64,000 bases of DNA, taken from Chrysomallon squamiferum (Eukaryota > Animalia > Mollusca). Under the pieces are notes generated by a model. That model was not told the DNA's origin. It did not search any database and was given only the letters and a program-made list of their open reading frames with translations. This document shows positions 40,830 to 55,844 of this stretch, piece by piece (the stretch's first letter is position 1; each line of letters begins with the position of its first letter). The translations under genes were made by a program, and so were the position numbers. The DNA lies in NCBI GenBank assembly GCA_012295275.1, contig CM022671.1, positions 868,001 to 932,000 of the forward strand, in the 5' to 3' direction.

Positions 40830-42609
40830 CATGAATGCATGCATAACCTTATTTATAGAATGATATGGATATTATTTTTATTATTATTATTATTTATTTT
40901 TTTTCAGTTTGATGTCATAATAGATCTCTATAGCCGGGGATATCTTTGGTGTAGGCTATATTCAGTAAGTTTAAATAACAAATTCTGAAATTCTAACTGT
41001 AGGCTGTTTGTGCAGTCGGTTATTTATAAAAATGAACCCTTGATCACCCATATCTTTGAATAAAATGGCATGAAATTCTGAAATATAAATAATAAATAAT
41101 TACCTTGTTTAATATTTATTTTTTAATTTTATTTTGTTTTGTTTTGTTATATTACATTAATTTACATTACATTACATTACATTTTATTTTATTTTATTTT
41201 TGTTTTTGTTCATTTTTTAAAAATAATTTATGATGGAAAATAGATTATAAAAATAGCTTTGATTTTTTGTCATCATCATTATCATTATTATTATTTAAAA
41301 AAAAAAAAAAAAATCCTAGTAACATACATATTTATTACAAATAAATGTACTTCTGATATATTGATCATGTTGATGGGGTAACAACTGCAGAGGACAAAAT
41401 AGCACTCAAACATAAATCAGTTTTTAAATAATAAAATATAATGAAATTACACAAAATTTTATTAGAATAAAATATATAAGCAGATGGGTTTTTTCGTTTT
41501 AGTGGGGATATGTAGAAATTATGGTGGAATGGATGACATTTCTTAGTACTCACGTCAAAGGGCCAAACTGGAAACAGACAGAAGAAAACTTTCCTAAAAT
41601 TGTTGTCATGGTTATGGCTAATGGTAAATTCCACAACTGATCATTAATATGAAATTTGATGTTTTGTTTCGTCTACAACAGAGCAGAAAGAGAAAATCTT
41701 TTTTTGTTTGTTTTAATGTGCCTAATATATTGGCATTTGTATTTCCACATTAGTAATATATAAAGATATCTAATATATATTTCTTTAATGTTTCCTTTTT
41801 TTTGTAGATTATCTGTTTAATTATTTGCAATAATTATAGAAATGAATTAAGAATAAGGTGAATATACAATATGTAAATTCGTGTTTACTATTAGGTTTCA
41901 AGACTCCAATGGGTTTCCTGGCAGTTGGCAGCTTACAGATACTGCCATTGTGGCTGTACTGTTACGAGACAAATTTTCTTACTGAGACATTGCTGATGCC
42001 GATGTGGCTGCAGTTGTTTGGCATAGCTTTGCTGGTTGTAGGAAGAACAATCTGCTTTAGTGTGGAGGTGAGTAGATAAGAAAATTATTGTTTAATACAG
42101 ATTTAACAAAGAATTTGGGAAGGTGTAAGGAAGCTAAAATCCTTTTTCTAATTAATCTTCTAAAGTTATCAATGTTTTGGGCTCACAAGAGAAACTTCTC
42201 CATTGAATGCCCAGACTTATGTGTTCTGTTCCTGATTTTCACAGCATGATATAGTATTATCAGATTTTACTATCCACAAAAAATACAATAAAATCAAATG
42301 ATGTAAAATATATTTGGACTGTTTGTTAACTATCAGAATGCTTGTTAGAAAGAGGAATCTTATAGATAAGTTACTTACTAAAACAAAACTGCATTGTGAA
42401 TAATTTCTATAAATCAACACAGTCAAAAGTTCAAGTTAGCATAGTATCAGACTAATCAAGTGCTCCTACAATTATCAAGTGTTGAATCTATTGTACACTT
42501 TTAATTTTTCTCTGATTTTCTTACTTGTCCATTTTCATTGTTTCAGCTGTTCTATCTGAAATACCATATCAAACAACTGCTATACCAGGATGACAGCAAA
42601 GACAGATAA
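39837..42609 (+). CDS. CDP-alcohol phosphatidyltransferase family protein (phosphatidylinositol-synthase/CDIPT-like), 7 exons, about 200 aa
   Basis: Exons 39837-39876, 40334-40429, 40636-40691, 40908-40964, 41503-41623, 41895-42067, 42547-42609. MGLDVLLYCPNIIGYIRIIL...SLDAVDGIVARRFNQTSSFGAWFDVIID carries the family signature DxxDGxxAR...GxxxDxxxD and the PIS-type PNxIGYxR start. The C-terminal half is not typical CDIPT, so no symbol is given. Confidence 0.85.
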
Positions 42610-45600
42610 AGAAGAAATGTACTCATGTGCAGAAGTAGTGTTACTTTTACAAGAATATTTAGTATCATATATGTAATATAACCCAGTGCTAATCTACTTA
42701 TATTAGTAGTCTAAATTGTCTAGTATCATAAAAATAATAATGTCTGAAGAATAAATTGCATGTGAGTTCCGCATAATTTTCTTCAGCCATTTTCATAGAA
42801 AATAGTTAAATTATTTTTTGTGTAGAATTTGGTAGGTTGTTTTATATTTTGTTTTATATAAAGTATTATTGTTATATTCCAGCTTTTGCCATATTATTTA
42901 AATATGGTATAAAAGGTTCTTATTATTTTAACTGTATTGTATTTATTTAAAGTTTTATAATATTGGGAAATAGATTTATGTGTCAAAATATTTATTCAGG
43001 TGAATGTTTTTTTTACCCAGTAACCACTTTTAGAAATATACATATTAGGTAGTGGAAGCTTTTCAGTATCAGGTTAATTTATTTTTTATTATTTTTTCAG
43101 TTACTTAAAGAGTTACTTCATTTTAAATATACTTCTTAGTGACCGTTTTATTATTTTTCTCCACACTGGTAATAGTAAAGTATGACAATAACATTACTCT
43201 CCAGTGAAGTACAGATGCAGCTATTTATCATTCTTTATTGCTTATAAACTTGGCATAAAACATAATATATATAAATGTATTAAAACAGTCTGTAGACAGA
43301 AATAAACCAGTGATTTAGACACTCCAAGTGTAAATTGCTGATAAAATTAAAATACAGATACATATATTTACACGCAAACAAAAAAGTGTTTTGATTATTT
43401 GTTCACACTGCTAAATGTAATCTTTAATATACATTAGAACAAAATATTTTGTTTGTGTGTGTGACGTGAAATTTCAAATATAGCAACTAATGTTCTTTTC
43501 TTGAAAGGGGAAACAAATTAATTTTGATAATTTAAACTGGCCAATAAGAAAGCAACCATGTTTATGAAGAATTTATTTCTCTTTTTCAAGAAATTTTATT
43601 CTTTTTAATTAATTTCATTAAATGCAAGATTTATAATAGAAATGAATTTAATCAAATAAAGTCAAGTATATCATAAATCATACAAAATAACAAGAAGTTA
43701 AAACATAAATAGTGTTTTTCATTGAAATAAAGTACCATTAATGTGAAAATTCCTTCCATCTAATGAGAATTTAATTTACATTTATATGAATGCTTTATTT
43801 ATAAAATAAAAAAATCTAGATTCATGTAACTGTTTAATTCCAAAAGTACTGAACCTGAGCCTATAATCAAAACATATCCACTTTTACAAAATACTCTACA
43901 TAGAACATGTGATAGTTTAGTTGTTTTTCAATGATATCCACATACCTTATTTAACATGCACAAATGAAATGTGTATGCATGTTTAACTTTCAGACTTTGC
44001 CTTTGTTGTACAAGTGATAGATAAACTGAATGCAATGTGTCTCTTTTATTAAGAGGTAACTAAGTGAAATGCTGAACAGTTTGTATGCAGATCAGAAAAA
44101 TCTTTATTCTTAGTTGTTTATATGTATTACAGATTAATGAAATAATGTAGTATATTATATCAGTTCTACACTTTTTCTTCTAATTAAACATACAGAAATT
44201 AAAATGGGCAAATAACCCAGGGAGTACATAAGTTACAATGTTGAATTTTTTTTTTTTTTTTTTAAAGATATTAAAGATTGTTTCTTTCTCGCTGTCTCTG
44301 TAATTAAAACTTAATTTGTTTTGAAGGTTATTATACTATAATGATGCAGAAGATCATCAGTGAATGGTTATTATAAAGAAAATGCCTCCTTTATACAATG
44401 GATCCAACATGAGATTATGTTTTCTGTTGAGCAAAAATCTTTATTTAAAGTGTATACAGGCTATTTATCTAGCATAAAATATCCTATACTTTTTCTTTTT
44501 GCAATTTTATAATTTTATAATAGTTATATTATTTATCTAGCAAAAAATATCCCTGGAACATTATGTAATTTTCTCAAAGAAACAGCAGTATTTTATCATA
44601 AGAAACTTGTAATGGCATTAGCTACAATTATTTAAAACTGACATGTACAACTGTGTGTGTGTGTGTGCTGTTTTTAATATAAAGTATGTTATCCAAGTAT
44701 ACTGTATTAAAATAGAGAATATTTCTTTTGTTTTACCTTTGATATATTATGTACTCATATTTAAAATCTTATCAACTCAGAATTTTAGACTGCTTTGTAT
44801 ATTTTGATTTGCAGTTAGAGGTAAATTCTGTTTATAAGACTGGTTTGGTTCATTAACCTTTTTTAATGTTTTTGTTACAATTTTTATTTATTTTATTAGA
44901 GAGTATACTACTGTTTTACTGTTGTTGACTTTTTTATAACATTTACTCATTAAAATTGTATTGAGAATATGCATTTCAAAACACACACATATCTACTTCA
45001 TCTTTATACCTACTTATTTAGCAGATCAGTTTAATCATTTATGGTCTTACATGACTATATAATACATAAATACACACACTTCAGAAATACATTTTAAAAG
45101 ACAAAAAATTATTTTGTTGTTTATTTTCTTACACCATCATTATTATTTCTGTATATAAATACACATACTGGGATCAGACATTTTCAAAGAGAAAATTACA
45201 TTATCATTCATTACTTATGAATGCAAAAATATCAAATTCTTTTCCAATCAGTGTTCCATAAATTATGCTTGCCTCTGATAAAGACAGGTACATTTGTTGA
45301 TAAACACCAGTCTTATGACTGATGTCTTTCTTTAAAACAAATCATATTAATGTCTATTTTACTTCTGTAATAAACTCTTATTAAGAAAAAAAAATGTGAA
45401 AATATAAAACAAAAAAGTTGAATTCACACAATCATATGAATTAATAGGTTTTAATTTTAATTATTTTTCTTAATATTATTGTTTATTAAAATTTATCTAT
45501 GCATCTTTTTTCTTCAGATATCTATTTTAGTAAATATTATGAAAGTATTTTTATATTAAAAATTTACCATTATACTTGTTGAATTGTTTTTGTTTTTTTT

Positions 45601-46089
45601 ATGACTTTGCATCATTTCTCTTTAAAACATACCCATGTAGTTTTTGATTATATAAATATTAAATTATGGAAGACCTCCAAATACCTATCTTGTCTATTTT
45701 AACATAATTTTTTGTATTTTATTTTTTAACAATCAAAGAAACTTTGTGGACAATACATTAATGGCAATGGTTTTGACTATTGCTTTTTTTATTTCTAAAA
45801 TAAATTTTATTATTATTACTACTACTGCTACTGCTACTGCCACGGTGTTAAGTGTTCTCCACGCATGAATCATAAATTAAATGTAATGCCTTAAAGGTCA
45901 GTTCAGAATGAACGGATGCGACAAATTTAATTTTGGGCAGCTATTGTATGTAAACATTTGCTTAGTGATTATCTCCCGTGTATCCGTCTTTTTTAAATGA
46001 TAGCAAGAAAAGTAATTCCTTCCTGTTGTTTACAAATTACGTTGACCGGTTATAAACTTTTAACATAATTGTCACTGTTAGTCAGTGAG

Positions 46090-47294
46090 ATGGTTAATGT
46101 TGTGTTCTTACATCCTGATTTAGGAATCGGTGGTGCCGAGAGAGCTGTCATTGACGCTGCTTTGGCATTACAATCGCACGGACATAAAGTTCAATTTGTG
46201 ACAGCACATCATGATGAAACGCATTGTTTTCAAGAAACTAAAGATGGCACTGTAAAGGTTACTTGTGCAGGCGACTGGTTACCCCGTAGTTTCTGCGGAA
46301 AATTTTATGCATTTTTCGCCTATTTGAGAATGATATACGCTGCATTATATCTTGTATTTTTCAGTGATCTTCAGTTCGATTTGGTTTTCTGTGATCAGAT
46401 ATCTGCATGTATTCCAGTTCTGAAATTAACTAAAACGAAAATTCTTTTTTACTGCCATTTTCCAGATATGTTATTAACAAAAGGACCAGTTTTCTCAAAA
46501 TGATATATCGAGCTCCAATTGACTGGCTTGAAGAAAAAACTACTGGAATGGCTGATTGTGTGCTTGTAAATAGCAAATTCACAGCTGGAATTTTTCATGA
46601 CACTTTCTTGTCTCTGACCAGTATTTATCCTAAAGTACTTTATCCAATTCCCGATTTTACATCTTTTAAAGAGCCCATTGAACCACCAACAGAAAACCTG
46701 ATACCACCAAACAAAGACCTAGTTTTTCTTTCAATAAATCGATATGAAAGAAAGAAAAACCTTGCTCTTGCACTAGAAGCATTTGGCATTCTTAGACAAA
46801 ACTTCCCAGATTTAAAATATATGCATCTTATAATGGCAGGAGGCTATGACAATCGAGTAAAAGAAAATGTTGAACATTACCAAGAACTGAAACAGCTTGC
46901 TGAAAAACTAAATCTAACCGAACATATTACATTTCTGAGATCATTTACAGATTCAGAAAAGAAAACATTGCTCAAATATTCCTCCTGTCTTCTGTACACA
47001 CCAGAAAATGAACATTTTGGAATTGTCCCTATTGAAGCTATGTACATGATGTGTCCTGTTATAGCTGTTAACAGTGGGGGACCAGTGGAGACTATAGCTC
47101 ATGAAGAAACAGGATTTCTGTGTGAACCTACTCCTGTAAGTTTCTCTGAGTACATGGAGAAATTTATTGTTGACAGAAACCTGAAACAAAAGATGGGATC
47201 ATCAGGCAGAGAACGAGTTTTGTCCAAGTTTTCTTTCAAAGAGTTTTCAAACACTTTAAATGACATTGTTACAGAGTTGGTTGACAGAAAATAA
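46090..47294 (+). CDS. ALG2: Alpha-1,3/1,6-mannosyltransferase ALG2, intronless CDS with an apparent 1-nt deletion at about 46480
   Basis: [28 protein letters not shown]; FYCHFPD; [26 protein letters not shown]; [13 protein letters not shown]; [18 protein letters not shown]...AVNSGGP. Two ORFs (46069-46503, 46500-47294) fuse if one A is added to the A-run at 46479-46482. Confidence 0.95.
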
Positions 47295-49642
47295 AATATT
47301 GTGTATTAAAATTGCTTGTAAATATGTTCATCAAAATAAATAAGTGAAACAAGAATTAATGAGCTTTTTAAATGCTGCACAATCTAGTTTGTTTATAGGC
47401 ATTTTAGTGTTTTTCATTACTATATCAGTAAAGTCTTAACTTATTAAGAGAGGATTTTAAAGCATTAAGTGGAAAATTGTTTTGTTGTAATATAAGGTAA
47501 ACAAGCTCAGAAATATTTTTTTTCATCAATTTCAAATTTATTTTATAAATATTTAATAACAATTTGCTTTGTTAATGAAATGGACCTTAATGTTGCTCAA
47601 TCATGTTATCAGATATGTTAATAACAAAAAAAAAGATTCTTGGGTTAAACCCCCAAAATAAGACTTACAAAATACAGAATATACTTGGAAAGTTGGTTTT
47701 TAGGACTAATAAATGAAGCTAGATAAAGCTTATATTTTATTACTTTGAACAAAATACAAAAACAAGACAGAATAAAAGACAATTTATTGTTCGTTGCAAA
47801 GCCCATCATACAGCACATTGCAAAATCAGATTCATGATAAGTAACACACTTAATTGGTCCATTTTGTAAGTTAAAAACATCAGTATTGTAACATAAGAAA
47901 CTTATAATGGCATTGAATACTTAATGATAAAAAAAACATTTCCTATTTTGTAAAAAACTAATAACCAGATGTCTGACTGTTTATCCAGCACTGTTTGGCA
48001 CAATGTTTATGTATAAAAATAAATGCTGTCAACACATTTGAAATTTTTAAAATAAATTTTTAAGAATCATATTTAGAATTTTCATTAAATTGTATTTCAA
48101 GAATACTGTTTCAGAAATTCTTTTTATACACATACATTAAGGGTTTAAATGAATAGCATTTAACAATGGTGGCAGAAACTATCATGCATTTATATAATGA
48201 TTACAATTATGAAATTTTGCATATCATGATGTAAACAATGGTGCAAAATGTAATATTTCTTTATAGTTACAATTTTTTGAAATCTTTAATAGATACAACT
48301 GTAGAAGTACAAAAAATTATTCTTGCCATTGTAAACATGATTTATTACTATATTAATAATACAGACTGGCAACAGACTAGATTGACACAGCTAAATGACA
48401 TTGTCTCAACACAATTCCTACTGACTTGATCAATATTAAAATATTATATAAATAATTTAGATAAATGCCAAGAATTTAAAAATGTAGAATTAGCATAAAC
48501 ATTTTTTTTTTCAAAGATTTTTTTAATTAACATATTTACACAAATGTACATACTTTGAATATGTTAATCTAAATGTTTTTTCTTCTTTAATTGTTAAAAT
48601 GCAAATAAATTATTAAAACAAATGTAAAAATAAACCAACACCAGTACAAATGAATTGTAATTGATAAAATTGGCACTAACATGCATAATACAACACCTAC
48701 TAAGACCTGCCTGTAATTACAGGTCAGTAATAATTCATAAACATTATTGCCTAAAATTATGTTTCATTATATCACCTGTTTTAAAAGAATTTCATTAATT
48801 CCAAACAATCTGGCATAAGCAAATTAACAGGTCTATTCAGGTAATGAGTTATTGGCCCCTGTTCAAGAGATTTATTTTATTACAGATTACCATACATTCA
48901 AAATAGCTAAATATAAACTTAAAACTATTATACAATCTTTTGTGTATAAAACATTCTGGTTGTAAAACCAGATTAAGCATATTTGGAAATCATACTTATA
49001 AAATTACACACATGGTCAGATAGGTGTTTTCATAACAAACAAGTACAAATAAATAAATAAAAACTTTTTAACATTTCAGCCAATAGTACTAAAAATAAAA
49101 CTAATAATAAAAACCATAACACCAGTCAAAAATGGTAACCATTCAAACAAAATATTTTAAAGTATTTATTATTTACTACTTATATTTCATTATTGTTATT
49201 ATTATTATTGTCATTATTATTTATTTATTTCATCACAGATTTTCAAACTCATTAACCATCAAATATTAGATGTATATTAAATTAGTAGTTGTTACAATTA
49301 TTTGTTCATATTTTTAATTCATTTTTAAAGGTATCATGCTGATTAGAAATTAAGTAATACAGAAATCTCATTGAAAAATAATAATAGCAAAATGAAAAAC
49401 ATTACATTTAAATAAATTTAAAAAGTATCTAATGCCCACAGAAAGTTAGTTTATTTTAAATTGTGTTTCCATTGTCAAATAAAATTTATATTTAAACATG
49501 AATATGCAAGTTTAATTTATTAACCAGTTAATTCAGGTCAGGTCAGATCAGGTCAAAACAATTAAAAACAAAAATTTAATGTAATCAAAAAAGTGTTGCA
49601 GGATGTAAAAATACTGAATGTCGGCAGCTAGTGAAAACTTCA

Positions 49643-52600
49643 TTATTCTACCTTCTCATAAATTCTTGTACAGGTGACATCTTTTGCTGTAAGAACCTGA
49701 AACATTAACATGAAAACTATTTTATGTAAATGAAAAGAAAATCTTAGAAAGGTTGAACATGAATGATTTACAATAATTTCAGAACCAGAGGGAAATAAAA
49801 AATACATGTTTTACCTTTTTCTCTGTGTATCTGCTGTAATATCTAAACATGCTGGGAATTTATATTTGAGTAAAATGTAATAATATACTGAGGAAGAGCA
49901 TAACATTTAAAGATTCTGTAAAATGAATCTTCAACTGAATACTGTGCAAAATGATGTTCATAAGATTTACAATTATTTACCACCTGTTTTATTCTAAGTG
50001 AACCACCTCATCCCACCAACTGTGATTGGTTGCTATACATGATTATGCTAATCCATGTCACTAAATACATTTTACACAAAGAATACTGAACTTTTCCTAA
50101 TATTATTACTTTGATTTTTATACCAAACTGAATAAAATATCTCATCAAAATAGTTATAGAATGTTTAACATAAATAATGAATGAAAATCCCTAAATAAAA
50201 CTGCTATGTGTTTCCTTATTTTAATTTAATAAATTATCTTTCCACTAAGGTTTTTAAATATTTAGTATTTAGAAATCTAACAGTTATAGACCGTATATCT
50301 AAAACCTCGGCTATTTTGGTATTTAGCTTAAACTACTGAAGTGATTAACAGAAATAATTCCTTTACAAAACAGCACTAGTAGAACAAGGTTTATAAACTT
50401 AGCTGGAATGAACTGTGAAATGTTTGCTGTTGATAACAGCCCTTGAGACAGTATCAGTGTGGGTTCAAAGGTTGTACTGTATGCAACTGTTAAATACTTA
50501 TCTTAAAGGACCTAATTAAAATGTTTATTTTCACCTCTACTGATAATATATAAAATAACATAATAAGTTATTAGATAACATCTTGAAAATCGGCACATTC
50601 CAACAGTTCTCATTCATACATAAACAGTAATTTCTGAAACAAATGTTTTAAATAATAGCTATATCAATCGGAATAGTAAAATACCTTTATCTTTTTTATA
50701 TTTGATGACCCAGAAACATTTAATTTACCAATATTTTAAACTCTAGGTGCATCATAAAGGTTTTGTTACATTTGTTATTTTTATTTTACTTTATTTCCCC
50801 AAAAATTTCATTTCTTGTTTATTTTAGGTTAATATAATTTCTGTCAACCTATTTTTTTTTAAACATCATAATTTGAGAAATGAATATATTTCAAGATAAG
50901 AACAGTGAAATGACTGAAATAAATATTGCTTCAAACTGTTAACTAACATTATGTGTATACTGCCCTGTAAATTAAATGTTACATCAAATGTGTGTGTTCA
51001 GGTTGTGCTAACCAGTTCACTAAAGTGAGGCATGACAGCAAACTGCTGCAGGCTTATAAATCCACAAACATCACAACCATCTGTCACAACAAGGATGATA
51101 TTACCAAGATGCATTACATAATCGAAACAAGTGAACAGAAAGCCACACAGGGAAGTCTTGGCACACTGAAATACTGCTGAAAAGTTTTAACAATGAGTAG
51201 TTTGGGATGGGCAATGAATCTGGTAAAGAAAAAAACCCAAACTTCAACAAAAAGAAAAGAACAAATGAAACATATATATTAAAAAAAAAAAAAAAAAAAA
51301 AAGGTGAATGAAGCAATCTAAAATCAAATGATAAAAAAAAAAAAAAAAAAAAGTTTTACTTTATTATTCAATTACAAATATCATAAAAAGCCTAATAATA
51401 AAGATATATAAAGAAGCAAATACTGAATGCAACTTTGTTAGAAAATGCTGCAAAGTTAAAAGTACAGACTATAAGTTCAGGGAAATAAAAGCTAACCCAA
51501 TCTGAATTGCTTTTAAAGCTTGAAATGAAAAAACAAATCCTGGACACAACAATCAGTGACAAGTCTATCACATGTTGATGTATATCAGTTCTGAATAATT
51601 TTATTGGAGGGCATATGGAAACTGTAAAGGTAGAATAAAGAAACTTCAAAGGAAAGATAATTTTTTTACAGTATAAATATTTGTTGCTGAAAGTCTGGCT
51701 GGTCTGTATTTCCTAAATAATCGCCATTCTGTTCAGGAAATTTGAATGAACTTCACTTTAGTTTTCATCACCTCTAACTACCATTAACACATGAATATAC
51801 AATCTTATAAACACACCGTTTTAGAAATAAATACAGAACTCCTCCATAATTAATTAAGTTGGCTTAAGGGTAAACAAAATATTCTGACATCTCTAAGACA
51901 ATCAAGACCAAAGTCATTACTCCACATATAAACCGACTACATATATTAACTTTTCTTCAAAAAGAGATAACTGTAGTAATGAAATTACTGTAATACAAAC
52001 ATTTATTTGATCCACTGAATTTTGTTTCTTCCATAATGGTATTTAAATGCATTTAAACTTACCATGTTCATTTTGCTACCATCAAAATCTCTAGTTATCA
52101 CAGACGGGGGTTCACCTTGTTGGTCATGTATCAGTTTCTGTCCCTCTAGTGTACAAGTAGACTGAAATAAATAAATCATAGATATTTTATTGATGAAGTT
52201 CACAAAAATGAATACCGGTTGAAGGGATATGAACATATTATGGTCAGTTTTCCTTTTATTAAATGTGAATATTTTTTTGTTATTGTTTCATTTTGTTTTT
52301 CTGATTTTTTTTAAAATAATTGATACCAACTGAAACACTATCTAAATTCCATGTGAAAAACAAAATGCCTGCAGAATGGAATGGTTAACATTACAAACTG
52401 ATGCCTATTCTGGTTTAAAATGATTTAAATAAAATATAATTAATAAACAAGATGTAGGATTTTAAAACCCATGATATTGCTGGGACAAATAAAATTAATT
52501 TGAAATTCACCTTCACTTTTCTGCCATCTCCCGTGACTTCTTCAAATGGTTCTCCAATTTTAAAATCCAGTTCAGTTGTTTTGAAGGTAGTAGTTGTTTT

Positions 52601-52683
52601 GATGTTCCAGTGGTCTCCATCCACAGTTATTTCTTGCACAGGTTTAGCAGAACCAGCCAACTTTCTCAGCAAATAGCCAACAC
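49643..52683 (-). CDS. Fatty acid-binding protein (iLBP/FABP family), exons 2-4; exon 1 not located
   Basis: Exon 2 52683-52511 (173 nt; GVGYLLRKLAGSAKPVQEITVDGDHWNIKTTTTFKTTELDFKIGEPFEEVTGDGRKVK), exon 3 52161-52063 (STCTLEGQKLIHDQQGEPPSVITRDFDGSKMNM), exon 4 49696-49643 (VLTAKDVTCTRIYEKVE*, with the R-x-Y ligand motif). Matches the canonical FABP exon layout. Confidence 0.9.
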
Positions 52684-53217
52684 CTGCCATGCATAATTTT
52701 TTATTATTATTATTCCATAACAAATTCTCAATCTAATCAAGCCATTTTGAAAAGGACACATTTGTTAAATATTTTATGTAGTTTTAACGTCTGTTTTGTT
52801 TCTATTATTTAATTAAAAATTTATTTGCTTTATTCTTGTTTAGCTTTTTGAATCTTTATATATATTTTCCTTAATTTTTTATTTTTTCACATACATATTT
52901 TTATCATTATAATAATAATGTATATATTGCTGTAAATTAAAGATATTATGACTATTATTATTATACTGGTCTTGAATATGATATTTTTTATCTTTAAGAA
53001 ACATTTATCATTTTGTCTCACCATTAAACAAATTACACACAGACTGAGTCACATGTTTGTCAACATAAATACATTGGTTGACTCACTGACCTGTGTTAAA
53101 ATGACCTGCTGGATTGTACATTTTAGCCAGAATATTCCAGTTACACAACTAGAGTATGTTTACAAGCTGCTAACTCTGCCTTGTTACTTAATATAAACAG
53201 CACAATTTGTTTTCTTC

Positions 53218-53412
53218 AAATATTTGAAGAAAAACATAATTTTATAATAAAACTATATTACTATTAATATTTGAAACAAAACATAATTTTTATAATAAAA
53301 CAGTATTACTATTAATATTTGAAACAAAACATTTTTTTTTTAAAATAAAACAGTATTACTATTAATATTTGAAACAAAACATTTTTTTTATAATAAAACA
53401 GTATTACTATTA
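53218..53412. repeat. AT-rich minisatellite, about 48-bp unit x4
   Basis: aatatttgaaacaaaacat(a/t)(a/t)tttttataataaaacagtattactatt repeated in tandem. Confidence 0.8.
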
Positions 53413-55131
53413 TTGTTGTATTTTGTTGTTTTTTGTTGATAACTGTAATTTTTTAGAGTTTCCTATTTCTTAGTGACGTCAAATGCTGAAAATCTAGATT
53501 CTGAGAAATAACTAGAACACATTATAAACCAAAAAAAAAGTAATACGTTTATTTTTATTATATTAAGGAACAGAAAGGTTTTTTTCAACAACTGCATACA
53601 TTTTGTAGAAAAGAAGAAGGAAAAACTATTTTATCAACATTATATTTATATTTTATATCCAAAACAACAATACTGATGTTATATTTCTAAACAAATAGTA
53701 TCATTACTAATTAGAAATGATATTTACAAAATAAAATATTAAACCAATGTAATGGAACAGTAACAATTATGTAGATAAAATTACTATTGGTCTTTGTTTG
53801 GGGTTTTTCATTGATGATTTTACTGATGTTAAGAGTTCATGTTAGTGTTTTCCCACATAAAATAAATGTATCTACACATCAGACATTTTGCAAAATAGAC
53901 TTAATCTGATAATTAGTAGCTTCTGATATGATTACAAAGACAAGTACAGGACAAATATAAAAACTCAAATTAATGACACTATTTGGTGAATTGAACTCTG
54001 CTCTGTGGTCCAAAGACGCCAGGATGTTATCATTAGTTAATTACAGAAGGCTCTACATCCCATACAGCCACCCAGCCTTTGTATTTTATTCATAAAGTTA
54101 GCTTAAACACATGCTGTAATTAAGCGACTATTTTTTCTGTATTAGATATAATTACATAAATTTTTTATAAAAATTTTCTAAAGTCCACACAGCCAAGAAA
54201 ATTAAATCAAACAACCAATAATCTAAAATGTAAAACACAACAACAAGAACAAAATCAAAACAAAATAGAGCATAAATTAAAACAAATAGCTCACAAGATG
54301 TAAAATTTTTTGTAAAAACATCCATGTCTGGCAAGACCTTGTTTACTGTAAATTTCCTGTCAAAGTTATTCAAAGTTATATATAATTACTATTTAGAATT
54401 AAGCTATGCAAAACATAAAATGTATTTTTATTATTATTATTTTTTTTAAACTTTATGTCCAGGGAGGCTTCCACTACTGTGTAGGACTATTCCATTATTC
54501 TGTATAAATATGCATGTATACACATATACACTAAGTAAAATGGGATGGGACTATAGAGAGGCACATAGCCAACCTGTGTTGCTGAGTAGGGTTTGCACGT
54601 ACTGACAGTGTGAAGTATTTATTATGCAGTTGTGAGAAATGGGGTAATATATAAATTATTTTAGCATTAATTGAGATGCCAAAATTTAATTAAAAAAAAA
54701 ATTTGATTCACTTATTCCATTTCTTCCAAATGACAGTCAAGTCCATGCTTTATTAACAGAAAGTAATTAATTTCAGGGTCATTAATTTAAATTATGTATT
54801 ATAGTGTAAATTTGTGTTATGTTTTTGTTTCTATGATAAATTAAGCTTATACATTTTTCACCTAAAATTAAACATTTATTTGCTATTGATTTTAATGGTA
54901 TTTGGATATAACCCTCATCAAAGATATTAAAAGTTCCATGCATTAAATGGTGACATCTTTCAGTTCCATGGAGTTCTAGATCCTGTTTTCAAAGTTTACT
55001 TGGGATTTGTTGTCTGTGTGTGGGTTGTTGTTGTTTGTTTCAAGGTTGGATGTGTAAAGCTGTATATTTAATTTAAGAAAACTAACTAGTAAAATGTAAT
55101 AATAATAATAATATAATAATCAATAATGAAT

Positions 55132-55331
55132 NNNNNNNNNNNNNNNNNNNNNNNNNNNNNNNNNNNNNNNNNNNNNNNNNNNNNNNNNNNNNNNNNNNNN
55201 NNNNNNNNNNNNNNNNNNNNNNNNNNNNNNNNNNNNNNNNNNNNNNNNNNNNNNNNNNNNNNNNNNNNNNNNNNNNNNNNNNNNNNNNNNNNNNNNNNNN
55301 NNNNNNNNNNNNNNNNNNNNNNNNNNNNNNN
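55132..55331. other. Scaffold gap
   Basis: 200 Ns. Confidence 0.99.
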
Positions 55332-55844
55332 AAGAAAAAAAAAAAGAAAAAAAAAAGTGAAAGAAGTAAACAAATCAACAACAAAAAACCCATCCATGAA
55401 TCCAAAAGTTACAAACTATATCACATGGACATAAGCGTTTAGATTCACATAATACATACACATGCACAAACACACACTTGTACAAATGTATGTATAACAA
55501 TTTTAATTGACTAAATTCTTTTTCTGTTTAAATTATATACATGAATATGTAACTGAAGTTTACTCACAGAATTATTCAGTAGAGTACAGCAATAACATAT
55601 TTTAAAACATTACATATTTCCCCCAGCTTATGACTGGCTAACATTCTGATCAAACCTATGCAACTCTGAATAGACGTTACCAGAAATATTCTTACATTTG
55701 TTTGTTTATTTATGAAATATTACTCAGTGTTTTCTGTTTTACTTATGCTACTGTACAGACAGCATAAACAGTGAAAGTAGCATCTCACTGGGCTCCAAAA
55801 TGTCTTGAAATGTACCCTCCGGTTCTGTTTCCTCGCTTTATTTT

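Noticed and set aside
46479-46503. Programmed ribosomal frameshift in ALG2
   Set aside because: No X XXY YYZ slippery heptamer or evident stimulatory structure, and none known for ALG2; a homopolymer error is simpler.
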